Origin: Candidatus Saccharicenans sp.
Lineage (GTDB): Bacteria > Acidobacteriota > Aminicenantia > Aminicenantales > Saccharicenantaceae
Direction of reading: 5' to 3'
Assembly: GCA_029907135.1 (NCBI GenBank)
Contig: JARYMJ010000006.1
Span: 1,260-65,259, forward strand
DNA length: 64,000 bases
Shown: one piece after another, positions 27,072 to 37,355 of the stretch
Numbering within the stretch: the stretch's first letter is position 1
Layout of the letters: every line of letters begins with the position of its first letter
The notes under the pieces: generated by a model
Seen by the model: the letters and a program-made list of their open reading frames with translations, nothing else
Told to the model about the DNA's origin: nothing
The model's database searches: none
Program-made: the position numbers and the translations under genes

Positions 27072-27932
27072 TTACTTCTTTCTCTGCCTGGTCGAGGTCA
27101 CGTTGGCCATGGTATTCAAGATCATGATGATTATGAACAGGATGATGCCGGTGGCAAAAAGTGCTTCCCGGTGTTCGCCGCTGGCGTAAGCCATCTCCAG
27201 GGCAATGTTGGAAGTCAGGGTTCGAACCGGGGCCAGGATCGAGCCAGGGATATCGGCCGCATTGCCGGCCACCATGATAACGGCCATGGTCTCACCGATG
27301 GCCCGGCCCATGCCCAGAATAATCCCGGCAATGATTCCCGAACGGGCCGCCGGCAGCACTACCAGCCTGACCGTCTGCCACTTGGTCGCTCCCAGAGCAA
27401 TGGAACCCTCGCGGTATGAATCGGGCACCGCCCTGATGGCATCAATAGAAATGCTGATGACAGTCGGCAGGATCATTATGCCCAGGATGATGGAAGCGGC
27501 CAGTACCGAAAGCCCCGGACCCCCGAACCGTTCCCTGATGAACGGCACCAGGAACATCAACCCGATAAAGCCATAGACAACTGAGGGTATGCCGGCCAGG
27601 AGTTCAATCACCGGCTTCAGAATCCGGGAAAGCCGGCGGTGAGAAAATTCGGTCAGGAAGATGGCGCTGGCCAGGCCCAGCGGCACCCCAATCATTAGAG
27701 CCCCGAAGGTTACCAGGAGAGAGCCAACAATCATCGGCAACAGACCAAAACTTTTTTCCGAGGGGTACCAGTCCCGGCCGAGGAGAAAACTCCGGAAGCC
27801 ATACTTGAACATGATGGGCGTGCCCTGCTCGAAAATGAAAATGGTGATGATGGCCAGCACCGAGATGGCCGACAGAGCAATCATCAGCAGGCCGAGCCTG
27901 ACCAGCCGGTCGTTCCTGTCCAGTTTGGTCAT
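27072..27932 (-). CDS. pstC: Phosphate ABC transporter permease PstC
   Basis: 286 aa and multi-TM. IDAIRAVPDSYREGSIALGATKWQT. The start overlaps the pstS stop (ATGA at 27929-27932). Confidence 0.9.
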   Translation of the reverse strand: MTKLDRNDRLVRLGLLMIALSAISVLAIITIFIFEQGTPIMFKYGFRSFLLGRDWYPSEKSFGLLPMIVGSLLVTFGALMIGVPLGLASAIFLTEFSHRRLSRILKPVIELLAGIPSVVYGFIGLMFLVPFIRERFGGPGLSVLAASIILGIMILPTVISISIDAIRAVPDSYREGSIALGATKWQTVRLVVLPAARSGIIAGIILGMGRAIGETMAVIMVAGNAADIPGSILAPVRTLTSNIALEMAYASGEHREALFATGIILFIIIMILNTMANVTSTRQRKK

Positions 27933-28807
27933 ACCCTACTCCCCTGTTCCCTTCTGACCGGGATCAAGCCCTCTTTATGGACCAGTTCCTGAATTTCCGG
28001 TGACAGCACGAAATCGATGAATTCTTTAGCCAGCCCCGTCGGAGCTTCTTTGGTCAGGAATAAAAATGGCCGGACCAGTCTGTATTCTTTGCTGAGGATG
28101 GCTTCTTCGCTGGGAGGCACGCCGTTTAGGGCCAGGGCCTTGACCTGGTCATTAACCAGTCCCAGGGAAATGAAGCCGATGGCATTGGGGTCACGGCTGA
28201 CGATTTCCCTGACGGTGCCGTTGGAATCCTGAACGATGGCTTTCTTGGTGATGCGGGATTTACCCATGACCAATTCCTGGAAGGCCCCACGGGTGCCCGA
28301 ACCTTCTTCTCGAACCACCACCGTTATCAATTTTTTCTGGCCGTTCAGAGTCTCCCAGCTGGTAATCTCTCCAACGAAGATGCTCTTGACCTGTTCAATA
28401 GTGAGGTTATTGAGCGGGTTATCGGGATGAACGATGATGGCCAGGCCGTCGCGGGCCACTTCCACCTGGAACAGGTCCTGCTCGTCCTCTTTGAGTTCGC
28501 GGGAAGACATCCCGATCTGGGCGGCCCCGGTCTTAACTGCCTGGATGCCAGCACTAGAGCCCCCGCCCTGGACATCCACTACCAGGTCGGGCCTTTTCTC
28601 CATGAAAACTTCGGCCCACTTGTCGGCAAAGGGCTGGATGCTGGTGGAACCGGCCACCACCAGGCTATGGCCGCTGCGACCCTGGCGGCAGGCAGGAAAT
28701 AACAGGATAGTAGAAAATAGGATAAAAACCAGAACCGCAGTCATCCTGGTCATATGGGCGGACGGCCTTCTGGCCAGCACAGACTCCCTTATTTTCTCAG
28801 CTTCCAT
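27929..28807 (-). CDS. pstS: Phosphate-binding protein PstS (PBP superfamily)
   Basis: VAGSTSIQPF, GGGSSAGIQAV, EGSGTRGAF. Lipobox-like LLFPAC. The true start may be an internal Met (MTRMTAVL). Confidence 0.85.
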   Translation of the reverse strand: MEAEKIRESVLARRPSAHMTRMTAVLVFILFSTILLFPACRQGRSGHSLVVAGSTSIQPFADKWAEVFMEKRPDLVVDVQGGGSSAGIQAVKTGAAQIGMSSRELKEDEQDLFQVEVARDGLAIIVHPDNPLNNLTIEQVKSIFVGEITSWETLNGQKKLITVVVREEGSGTRGAFQELVMGKSRITKKAIVQDSNGTVREIVSRDPNAIGFISLGLVNDQVKALALNGVPPSEEAILSKEYRLVRPFLFLTKEAPTGLAKEFIDFVLSPEIQELVHKEGLIPVRREQGSRV

Positions 28808-28964
28808 AGTCTCCCTTAGGCTTAAGCAACTTAATCAGCTCCTTCCTCTCAGGCCCCGGTCGGGCACAGTTCAGGGCCGGTTGCAAACAGATGAGGGATT
28901 CATTACAGGTTTTTAATTATACTTAACTTTGGGAAAAAGAAAAGATATCACCCGGGACTCAGAT

Positions 28965-30905
28965 TCAGGATGAGATCTTGTCTATTTCCTGCAGGCGCCG
29001 TTCGAAGCTCTGGCTTTTTTCTTCATATTCCAGGTAGACCTGGGTATATTCTTCGTACAGGGAATCCAGACTCTTGCGGTTGGCATCTAGTTCCCTCGAC
29101 AGGCGCACCACCTCCTGGCCCCGGCCATCGACCGAAGCCTCAATGATCTGCTGCGTCAGTTGGTTGACCTTTTGTTCCAGGGCTTCAATCTGACTCTCCA
29201 GTGAGAGCACCCTCTCTTCTATTGGTTTTAAGACCCGGGATTTCTCAACGATAACTTCCGAGCGCAGCCGGCGCAGTTCCCGGGGTGAAAGCTTGAAACG
29301 GAAGGATTCATCCTGGTTTGCTTGACGGTAGTCGTTTCTGTCGCGCTCGGCTTTTTCTGGGGGTGTGGCCGGCGCCGGCACCCGGGCTTCATCTCTGGAT
29401 TGCCCCTGGCTTTCAGTCTTTTCTTCGCTCCAGCCGACCTTCTTCAGGAAGCTTTCGTAATCGCCCTCAAAGACGGTGAGCCGGTCATTCTGAAAGACAA
29501 TCAGCCGTTCGCCCAGGGCTCTCAGGAACATCTCGTTGTGGGTCACCATGACCACGGCCCCGTCAAAATTGTCCAGGGCCGCCAGCAGGGCATCACAGGA
29601 TTCAAGGTCCAGGTGATTGGTGGGCTCATCAAGGAGCAAAAGATTCACCGGGGTGGCCAGAATCTTTCCCAGCAAAACCCGGCTTTTTTCTCCGCCCGAC
29701 AAGACCGGGATGGGCTTGAGGGCCTCGTCGCCTTCAAACATCAGGGTGCCGGCAATCTGGCGGACCCGGGCCGGCTCCAGTTGAGGATTGGCCAAACCTA
29801 TTTCTTCCAGGACGGTATTGGCGTTGTTCAGGTCTTCAGCAAAACTCTGTTCATAGTAACCGATGGAGACCGATTTCGGATAAGTTATTTCTCCGGTCAA
29901 GGGTTGAAGCACCCCGGCCATCAATTTTAGCAGGGTGGTTTTGCCCCGCCCGTTGGGTCCGATGACCATAACCCGGTCCCGGGCCCCGAGGTGCAAACTG
30001 AAATTCTTGATGAGTGACCTGTCCGGAGTATAAGCGAAATTGACGTTGTCCAGGCTGAGGGCATATTTATGGTGGAACTTTTTCTCCAGGAAAGAAAATT
30101 CCATGTTCTTGATTTTTTCCAGCTTTTCCCGCTTTTCCATCTTTTCCATGTATTTCAAGCGGGACTGGACCAGGCCGGCCAGGCGGGCCTTGGCCCGGAA
30201 GCGATTGATGAAGACTTCGAGCTCCTTCCTTTTGCGCTCGTCATTGAGCCGTGTCTTCTCGTAGACCTCTTCTTCCAGGGCCAGCTGGTTGTAATACTTC
30301 TCGGTATTGCCCTCAATTTTACGCACTTTGCGGCGGTGGATGCCGAGGATGTGGCTGGCCACCCGGTCCATGAAGCTGCGGTCGTGGGTGATGAACATCA
30401 GCTCGCCCCGCCAGGACAGCAGGAATTTCTCCAGCCAGCGAATGGAAGTGATATCCAGGTAGTTATTGGGTTCATCGAGGAGCAACAAGTCATAGTCGGT
30501 GAGAAGCAGGCGGGCCAGGTTCAGCCTGACCTTAAAACCACCGGATAGCTGGTGTGGGTTATTCTGGAAATCAGCGGTTGAAAAACCGAGCCCGGCCAGT
30601 ACTTTCTTCACCCGCCACAGCTGGTCCGAATCATGGGCGGACAGCCCGCGGCTAACTTCTTCCAGGACCGTCGGTTTCTTAAAATCCGGCTCCTGCTCCA
30701 GGTAACCGATGCGGTAATTTTTGGGAATTATTACCCGGCCTTCGTCCGGCTCTTCCAGACCGGCGATGATCCGGAACAAAGTGGATTTGCCATGGCCGTT
30801 CTTCCCGACCAATCCCACCTTTTCGCCCTGGTTGATCTTGAAGCTGATTTTTTCAAAAAGAACCTGCCGGGCAAAACTTTTAGACAATTCTTCCACAGCT
30901 ATCAT
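28965..30905 (-). CDS. ABC-F family ATPase (two ABC domains plus a C-terminal coiled coil; Uup/YheS-like)
   Basis: 646 aa. Two Walker A motifs (GKNGHGKST, GPNGRGKTT), two signatures (LSGGFKVR, LSGGEKSR), no TM domain, and a Glu/Arg-rich coiled-coil tail. Confidence 0.85.
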   Translation of the reverse strand: MIAVEELSKSFARQVLFEKISFKINQGEKVGLVGKNGHGKSTLFRIIAGLEEPDEGRVIIPKNYRIGYLEQEPDFKKPTVLEEVSRGLSAHDSDQLWRVKKVLAGLGFSTADFQNNPHQLSGGFKVRLNLARLLLTDYDLLLLDEPNNYLDITSIRWLEKFLLSWRGELMFITHDRSFMDRVASHILGIHRRKVRKIEGNTEKYYNQLALEEEVYEKTRLNDERKRKELEVFINRFRAKARLAGLVQSRLKYMEKMEKREKLEKIKNMEFSFLEKKFHHKYALSLDNVNFAYTPDRSLIKNFSLHLGARDRVMVIGPNGRGKTTLLKLMAGVLQPLTGEITYPKSVSIGYYEQSFAEDLNNANTVLEEIGLANPQLEPARVRQIAGTLMFEGDEALKPIPVLSGGEKSRVLLGKILATPVNLLLLDEPTNHLDLESCDALLAALDNFDGAVVMVTHNEMFLRALGERLIVFQNDRLTVFEGDYESFLKKVGWSEEKTESQGQSRDEARVPAPATPPEKAERDRNDYRQANQDESFRFKLSPRELRRLRSEVIVEKSRVLKPIEERVLSLESQIEALEQKVNQLTQQIIEASVDGRGQEVVRLSRELDANRKSLDSLYEEYTQVYLEYEEKSQSFERRLQEIDKISS

Positions 30906-31356
30906 TGCTCTTTTTCATCTCCAGCCGGGTAGCCTTACTAAAATCCCATTAAAACAAAGTCTTTAGCTCTTCGCTCTATAAAGCCGGTAAGAAGGCTTTT
31001 TACTCCGTCTCCAGGCCAAAATTCCTGTGCTGACCTGGATTATAATCATAGCACTTTTAAGGGCTGATTTTTAGTCAGGGATGAGGTTGGCCTGAGCAGT
31101 CCGAGCATCACCCGGGAATAGCTCCATTCTTGTGATATAGGCTGGGTTGGGCCGGGGGCAGCTTCCCAGTTAAAATCTCAACGATATTTTCTAAGGGATT
31201 TTTTAAGGGCGGCACTGACCAGAAACCATTACGACTTCTATCTTTTCCCGTGAGGCAACGTATCAATTTTATGTAGACTTAAATTGGGCAATTATAACAG
31301 TTGACTTATGGGCGCCTTCTAATAAATAATACAAAGGAGGAAATGGGAGAGAAGTT

Positions 31357-31851
31357 ATGGGTGTAAACATTGCCATCATCGATGACGACAGGGTTTCATC
31401 TTCCATGCTGGAGAAATTATTCAGCGATAAGGGATTTACCGTGGTCAAGGCCTTTGATGGTGAAAAAGGTTTGAAACTGATTAAAGAAGTCCGACCGCAA
31501 ATAGTAATCTGCGATATGCTGCTGCCCAAGATTCATGGGGCTGACCTGTGCCAAAAAATCAAGGATGACCCGGAATTAAAGGAGACCAAAGTGGTGCTAA
31601 TCACCGCGGTCTATAAGGGAGCCGCCTCCCGCCTCGACGTTAAAAGCTACGGGGCGGATAATTATTTTGAAAAACCCCTCAACACCAAAGAGCTTTTGAG
31701 CTGGGTAGAAAAAAACCTGCCGAAGGAAGAGAAACCGGCTCAAAGCAGCCGGCCGGTTCAAAAAAATATAGATATTGAATCTCTGAACATAGACGAGGTC
31801 ATGAGTGAGCTAAAAACCATGGTGGATGAGGACCTAAAAAAGAAAAAATAA
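31357..31851 (+). CDS. Stand-alone response-regulator receiver protein (CheY-like) with a short charged tail
   Basis: IAIIDDD, VICDMLLP (phospho-acceptor Asp), VVLITA, YFEKP. There is no output domain. Confidence 0.8.
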   Translation: MGVNIAIIDDDRVSSSMLEKLFSDKGFTVVKAFDGEKGLKLIKEVRPQIVICDMLLPKIHGADLCQKIKDDPELKETKVVLITAVYKGAASRLDVKSYGADNYFEKPLNTKELLSWVEKNLPKEEKPAQSSRPVQKNIDIESLNIDEVMSELKTMVDEDLKKKK

Positions 31852-32135
31852 GAAATCGCTTAAGAACGATTTCAAGAGAGGATAATATTAGGTCCGGCGG
31901 GGGCGAGACTTAAACCTGGCCACAGATACAGATTCTGAAAGTGCAGAATACCAGCCGAAGTTGATGCCTGCCTTTTATTAGCCCGGTCGAATAAATCCTT
32001 GGGCCGTGATCACATTATCACAAGCGGTCTTAAAAATCCTGACTCTCTCCCCTTCCAACCCGGTGCCTCGGGGCAATCTGATTCAGTCCTCAGGTTTTAA
32101 GGACAGTCTTCGGAGAAAAAAAACGCTCTTGAAAT

Positions 32136-32183
32136 AGAAAAACCTGGAGCCCACATCTAGCTGCGGGCTCCTGGTTTTTCTTT
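32136..32183. terminator. Bidirectional intrinsic terminator between the convergent receiver gene and the S46 peptidase gene
   Basis: CCTGGAGCCC (32143-32152) pairs with GGGCTCCTGG (32165-32174). This gives 9 of 10 bp with one T-T mismatch and a 12-nt loop. It is flanked by A5 (32138-32142) and T5 (32175-32179). Confidence 0.6.
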
Positions 32184-32252
32184 AACCACAGCTCAGGCCG
32201 AGCTGATTTCCTGGGTTGCGGCGTCTTCTTTCCGGAAGCCTGGACTGGGCCC

Positions 32253-34448
32253 TTATTTATGTTCCATTTCACACTCGCCGCTGCACAGCCCCATTTCTTT
32301 TATCAGGTGGTGAGCTCCGGAGAATTTCTCAGTGATGAATAGCACGTAGCGGATATCCACGCTGATCGAGCGCTGCCATTCGGGAATGATGTAATAATCG
32401 CCGATGACGCTTTCGTAGGTCATGTCGAAGATGATACCAACTTGTTCTCCTTTGGCGTTTAGGGTGGGAGAGCCAGAATTGCCACCGGTGACGTTGGTGG
32501 TATTAAGGAAGCAGGCTGGCACCTCTTTTAAGACCGGGTCTTCAAACCGGCCGAAATCGCGCTTCTGGTAGAGTTCCTTGAGCTTGTCCGGGACGTGGAA
32601 GGGAAACTCGCCGGTTTCTTTTTCCATCACACCTTTGAGCGTGGTGATTGGCTTATAAACCACAGCATCTTTCGGGCTGTAGCCGATGACCGGGCCATAG
32701 GTGAAGCGAATGGTCCCGTTGGCATCTGGAGCTAACTTATCTTCTTTCATCTCCAGCAGAGCGGCTTCGTAAATTTTCTTGAGGTCGGCTCTTTCCTGGG
32801 ACCAGGCCTTGCTTTCCTCGCGTACCACTTTGAGCTCTTTTTCCAGCTCAGCCGCCAGGTTGATAAACGGGTCGTTGAGTTTCATTAGCTCAGCTGGTTT
32901 CATGTCCAAAAGCTCAAGCCGTTTCTTCGGATCACCGAGGATGGTGTTCTTATAGAGATTATCGACATACTCATCAATAGCCTTATCTGACTTCTGGGCC
33001 AGGAGTGCCCGGAAGGTCGACGGTATTCTGTCGGTCGGCAGGTCCATCATTTTCTTGAGCTGGTGCTTGAAGAATTCTCGGTCGGTATTGAAGACATAGC
33101 CGCGCTCGGCCAACTGGATTCTCTGCTTGATGTAAGGCAGGTTGCGGTCCTGGTAAGAAGCCTCACGGTCCTTGTCCGGTTTCTGGCGCTCCAGTACTGT
33201 CCGGTAAATGCTGTAAGCCTGGGAAAGCACGGTTGAACCGAAATAGGGACTGATGACGTTGCTTAGCAGCTCATTTTTGGCAGCATAAGCTTCGTAGCGC
33301 TTCATATAATCAGCCATCTGGTCCATCACTGGCCCGTATTTTTTCTGGCGTTCGGGTGAAGCCTTTATCCAGGCCAGGAGTTCTTTTTCCTGCTCCTTTT
33401 TCTTGGCGATTAAGTCCACTTTCTTCATGCCTTCAACCTTGCCCTGCATGTTCTTGAGCGAGTTGTAAAGACCCTTGATCATGGAGGCGTAGCGGATTTC
33501 GGTTTCTTTGTCACCCTTGCTGGCCCCTTCGATGAAGTTAATGATGTCCTGGAACTCAGCCATCCGCTTGACCATGGCGTTGAAATCATACTCAATTTCC
33601 ACCGCCAGGTTGTTGCGATAGGTGCGGCCGGGATAGCCCATGACAAAGGTAAAGTCGCCTTCCTTGACACCCTCGGTCGAAATTTTCAGCCAGACTTTCG
33701 GCTTGTAGGGAACATTTTCCGGGCTGTAATCGACCCCCACGCCATCCTTCGAGACGTAAGCCCGCAAGAAGGAAAAGTCGCAGGTGTGGCGGGGCCACAT
33801 CCAGTTGTCAATTTCGCCGCCGTAGTTACCGAGGTCCTGAGGTGGAGCATAGACTAACCGGACGTCTTTAATCCTCTTAAACCGATATAAATAGTATTGA
33901 TTGCCGCTGTACATGCCGACCACGTTAGCCCGGATGTCGGGGCCTGCTTTTTCGGCTTCAGCCACGATTTCTTTAACCGCGGCTTCGATGGCCTCGGATT
34001 TCTGGCGTGGAGTCATCTTGGGTTTGACTCTGGCCAGGATCCGGGCCGTGACTTCTTCATAGCCGAGCAAAATGTCAGCGGTATAGCCCTGGGCCGGGAT
34101 TTCCTGTTCCCGGGTCAGGGCCAGGAAACCATCAGTGATGTAATCATGCTCTTTGCTCGAGGCCCGCTGGATGGCGCCGAAAGCAACGTGGTGGTTGGTG
34201 AGGATGAGCCCGTCGGGGCTAACAAACTCGCCAGTGCCCCCGCCCAGGTTGACCACGGCGCTCATCAGGCCAGTGCCGTCCTTCTTGTAAAGGTCGTCCG
34301 GGTTCATCTTGAGCCCGAGCTGCTGCAGGTTGAGTATCCGCATCTGGTGCGGCATCCACATGCCTTCGTCGGCCCGAACGACAAACGGCACCAGGAGCAT
34401 CCCAACCAGCAGTAAAATCCCGATAATTGCTTTAACCTTATACCTCAT
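32253..34448 (-). CDS. S46-family dipeptidyl-peptidase (DPP7/DPP11-like)
   Basis: Signal peptide, then the ADEGMWMP hallmark. His region: GLILTNHHV. Catalytic Ser region: TGGNSGSPTLNAKGEQVG. Confidence 0.9.
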   Translation of the reverse strand: MRYKVKAIIGILLLVGMLLVPFVVRADEGMWMPHQMRILNLQQLGLKMNPDDLYKKDGTGLMSAVVNLGGGTGEFVSPDGLILTNHHVAFGAIQRASSKEHDYITDGFLALTREQEIPAQGYTADILLGYEEVTARILARVKPKMTPRQKSEAIEAAVKEIVAEAEKAGPDIRANVVGMYSGNQYYLYRFKRIKDVRLVYAPPQDLGNYGGEIDNWMWPRHTCDFSFLRAYVSKDGVGVDYSPENVPYKPKVWLKISTEGVKEGDFTFVMGYPGRTYRNNLAVEIEYDFNAMVKRMAEFQDIINFIEGASKGDKETEIRYASMIKGLYNSLKNMQGKVEGMKKVDLIAKKKEQEKELLAWIKASPERQKKYGPVMDQMADYMKRYEAYAAKNELLSNVISPYFGSTVLSQAYSIYRTVLERQKPDKDREASYQDRNLPYIKQRIQLAERGYVFNTDREFFKHQLKKMMDLPTDRIPSTFRALLAQKSDKAIDEYVDNLYKNTILGDPKKRLELLDMKPAELMKLNDPFINLAAELEKELKVVREESKAWSQERADLKKIYEAALLEMKEDKLAPDANGTIRFTYGPVIGYSPKDAVVYKPITTLKGVMEKETGEFPFHVPDKLKELYQKRDFGRFEDPVLKEVPACFLNTTNVTGGNSGSPTLNAKGEQVGIIFDMTYESVIGDYYIIPEWQRSISVDIRYVLFITEKFSGAHHLIKEMGLCSGECEMEHK

Positions 34449-34732
34449 GCCAGCCTCCTGAAATATTTTCTTGAAGGATTAAAAATTTATTAAAAACTAA
34501 TCTTAATTTCCAATCATATAAGATAGACCGGAGATATAAGATAATATTCTATTATATTGTTTAATGCAAACTGGAAAATCAATGAATTCCCGGCGGCTCA
34601 AATGCAACCCGATAGCCGTTAAATTAAGTTTTAAATTAGAAAAAAGATTAAGAAATAGGAAATAATGCCGAGGCCGCTCATATTTTATGGTCCTAGGCTA
34701 ATTAAAGAAACAATCAAAGGAAGGAGGAACCC

Positions 34733-36907
34733 ATGGCCAAAAGTCATAGTTCTAAGCTCGGTCATATGAAGCGTTTAGTTTTATCCTATAAGCGTCTGGT
34801 TACCAATAAATTAATGCTGTTTCTTTTTTTTCTGGTAACCTGTTGGTTGGTCTTTCCGTCCTGGGCATCTCCGACCTCTCCAGCGCTCCAGGCCAAGAAT
34901 AAAGGAAAGGTGAACAAGGAAACTATCAAGTTTCCAGTAACAGCCGCTGCCCAGAGGGCGGAGATGTTCTGGAAGGCGTTTAAGGCAGAAGACCGGGCGG
35001 CGCTGGAGTCATTTTTCCAGCAGGTCCTGCCGGAGGAAAAGCTACGGGAAATGCCGGCCGCCGACCGGGCCCAGCGCCTCCTCGGGCTTAGGCAGCAGCT
35101 GGGTGGTGAACTCCAGGCACTGCGCCTGCTTACCCCTGGTCCGGAAGAGATATCCATTATCGTCTCCAACGAGAAAAACAACCTCTTCCGCCTGACCCTG
35201 GCCTTCGAAAAGCAGGGCCGCGGCGGGCTGCAACTGAAAGGGCTAACGGTGGATGAAGCTGGACCAGAAGACCTGTCCCCTCCCCTACCAGCCATGAGCC
35301 AGGACCAGGCCATGCAAAACATTGAAGAAGAAATAGAAAAGGCAATTCAAGAAGACCGCTTTTCAGGCATTGTGCTGATAGCCAAGAATTTCCAGCCGAT
35401 ATTCTTTAAGGCTTACGGCCTGGCCAGCAAGGAATTTGCCATGCCAAACCATCTTGATACCAGGTTCAACCTGGGCTCTATCAATAAAATTTTTACCAAA
35501 ATCGCTATCGCCCGGCTGGCTCAAGAAGGCCGACTGACCTTAGATGACAAAATTGGCAGGTTCCTTTCCGATTACCCCAACGCTGAAGCCAGGGAAAAAG
35601 TGACCATCCGGCACCTGGTGAACATGACTTCAGGTATCGGTGATTTCTTCGGACCCGAATTTGAAGCTACGCCAAAGGATCTTCTCAGACACAATCGTGA
35701 CTACCTGAAGCTCTTTGCCGCCAAACCGCTGGCTTTTGAGCCAGGCACCAGGCAGATGTATTCCAACGGCGGTTACGTAGTGCTGGGTGAAATAATCAGT
35801 GCAGCCTCCGGGATGGATTATTATGACTACATCAGGAAATTTATATTTGAGCCAGCCGGGATGAAGGATTCTAATTGGTTCGAGGCTGAGGCCGTTGTGC
35901 CCAACGTGGCTGAGGGGTACACAAAAAGGACAGAAGAGTCAGAAGATAAAGCAGGAACAGTAGAAAACAAGCATAAATCTGATAAACCGTCAACCATAGT
36001 TCCAGAAGTAGAAATTAGACCAGGGAATAATATTCAACCAAACGAACCAGGGCCACAGTCTGCACATCAAGTTGGAAAAGCTACTCAGCACAATTATGAA
36101 ACTCATTCATGTAATTTTAATGAGGTGCCAAAAAACCCCCAGACTAAACTAAATAATATATCCGGAGCCGATAACCCGGGTAATAAAAAAACGGAAATTG
36201 GTAATCAGTCTCAAAAATTGGAGCCGCCAGCCTGGCGCAAAAACATTTATACTCGCCCGGCTCGGGGCAGTGCCGCTGGTGGCGGATACGCCACAGCTGA
36301 AGACCTTTTGCGCTTCGCCCGTGCTCTTTACGAATGCCGGTTGCTGAGCGAACCTTGGACCAACTGGGTTTTCACCGGAGTTGAGCCTGAAGTAAGAGCT
36401 CAAGGTGAGAAAGAACCAGGAAGCCCCCCGGATATAAATGAAAATATTTCAGGCCAGCAGAGTATCAGCAGGACGTTGAGAAAAGTCAGCCAAAACATTA
36501 CAGGGGAAAAAGAGGAATTCAATAACTACCAACCGGAGAATCCAAAACAGGTCCAAGAAAACAGTCCAGATTTTTCTATCATGGCCTTAAATAATCTGGC
36601 CCGAAGTAATCGGGAAAGGGAAGGTCCGGGATATTTAAACTCAGAAATTCATCTTGACGGCCGGTCTGCATCCCCGGCCAAACCAGGCTTTCTCCAAAAC
36701 CAAAGCAAGAGTAATTTGCTGAACCCAACATTAGACCGTAGGCGCTGGAATCTGGGCATTGCTGGCGGGGCGCCCGGGATCAATGCTACGCTGGAATTTG
36801 AGGGTCAGGCCGGGTTCACCATCATTGTGCTGTCCAACTACGACCCGCCGGCTGCCGTTCAGATCAGCCGAATGGTCCGCCGGTATCTTGAAGCAGTAAA
36901 AAGATAA
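34733..36907 (+). CDS. Beta-lactamase-fold serine hydrolase with an N-terminal extension and two long low-complexity inserts
   Basis: Strong SD (AAGGAGG). SxxK GSINKIFTK, YxN YSNGGYVVLG, and a C-terminal GIAGGAPG region. Inserts lie at about residues 398-505 and 550-670. Confidence 0.8.
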   Translation: MAKSHSSKLGHMKRLVLSYKRLVTNKLMLFLFFLVTCWLVFPSWASPTSPALQAKNKGKVNKETIKFPVTAAAQRAEMFWKAFKAEDRAALESFFQQVLPEEKLREMPAADRAQRLLGLRQQLGGELQALRLLTPGPEEISIIVSNEKNNLFRLTLAFEKQGRGGLQLKGLTVDEAGPEDLSPPLPAMSQDQAMQNIEEEIEKAIQEDRFSGIVLIAKNFQPIFFKAYGLASKEFAMPNHLDTRFNLGSINKIFTKIAIARLAQEGRLTLDDKIGRFLSDYPNAEAREKVTIRHLVNMTSGIGDFFGPEFEATPKDLLRHNRDYLKLFAAKPLAFEPGTRQMYSNGGYVVLGEIISAASGMDYYDYIRKFIFEPAGMKDSNWFEAEAVVPNVAEGYTKRTEESEDKAGTVENKHKSDKPSTIVPEVEIRPGNNIQPNEPGPQSAHQVGKATQHNYETHSCNFNEVPKNPQTKLNNISGADNPGNKKTEIGNQSQKLEPPAWRKNIYTRPARGSAAGGGYATAEDLLRFARALYECRLLSEPWTNWVFTGVEPEVRAQGEKEPGSPPDINENISGQQSISRTLRKVSQNITGEKEEFNNYQPENPKQVQENSPDFSIMALNNLARSNREREGPGYLNSEIHLDGRSASPAKPGFLQNQSKSNLLNPTLDRRRWNLGIAGGAPGINATLEFEGQAGFTIIVLSNYDPPAAVQISRMVRRYLEAVKR

Positions 36908-36939
36908 AGCCTTTGTGATAAGGCTTATGGGCGCTTTTT
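36907..36939 (+). terminator. Weak candidate terminator after the hydrolase gene
   Basis: AAGCCTT (36907-36913) pairs with AAGGCTT (36920-36926): 7 bp with a 6-nt loop. The T5 run sits 8 nt downstream (36935-36939), so the geometry is non-canonical. Confidence 0.25.
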
Positions 36940-37355
36940 AGAAATAAACGGTTTGCTTGGCAGCGCCCAATCCATAAACTCAGCCTTTAATCCGGGCCGA
37001 GCCATCAACCAATCCGTTTTCCGGGCACGCCCGCGAACAGCGAGCTCTTTCTGAATTACTGCCCTCAGCAATTTTAATTAAGCGGGCTCTGCTTGGTAAA
37101 AGCCTCACTCGTCTCGCTCTCTCTTCGATAGATTTATCTTGGCTGATAATTCGTTTCCATGCGTCTTACTTCATCTATTTCCGCTCCAGCATTGCCAAAA
37201 AGAAGTTATAAGGTGCGGAGATTCTCGCTGAAAATATTAATCCAAATAGCCAGAAATAATTTGGCTTTTGCTGCCAATATGCTAACTCTCCAACAAAATG
37301 CTAAAATATTCCGGTTAAATCTGGAGCTAAATGGAAAAATCAGGAGCTAAATATT

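Noticed and set aside
28808-28964. Pho box and promoter upstream of pstS
   Set aside because: A TATAAT is present on the minus strand (28916-28921), but the -35 position reads CTTTTC. I could not find convincing direct repeats with 11-bp phasing of the CTGTCAT type, and the Pho-box consensus for this lineage is unknown.
30906-31080. Ribosome-dependent attenuator and leader peptide upstream of the ABC-F gene, as seen for antibiotic-resistance ABC-F genes
   Set aside because: The AAAGCC/GGCTTT hairpin lacks a U-tract. The only uORF (MKKSNDSCGRIV) has its ATG directly abutting the GGAG, so it is unlikely to be initiated. No alternative-structure logic is evident.
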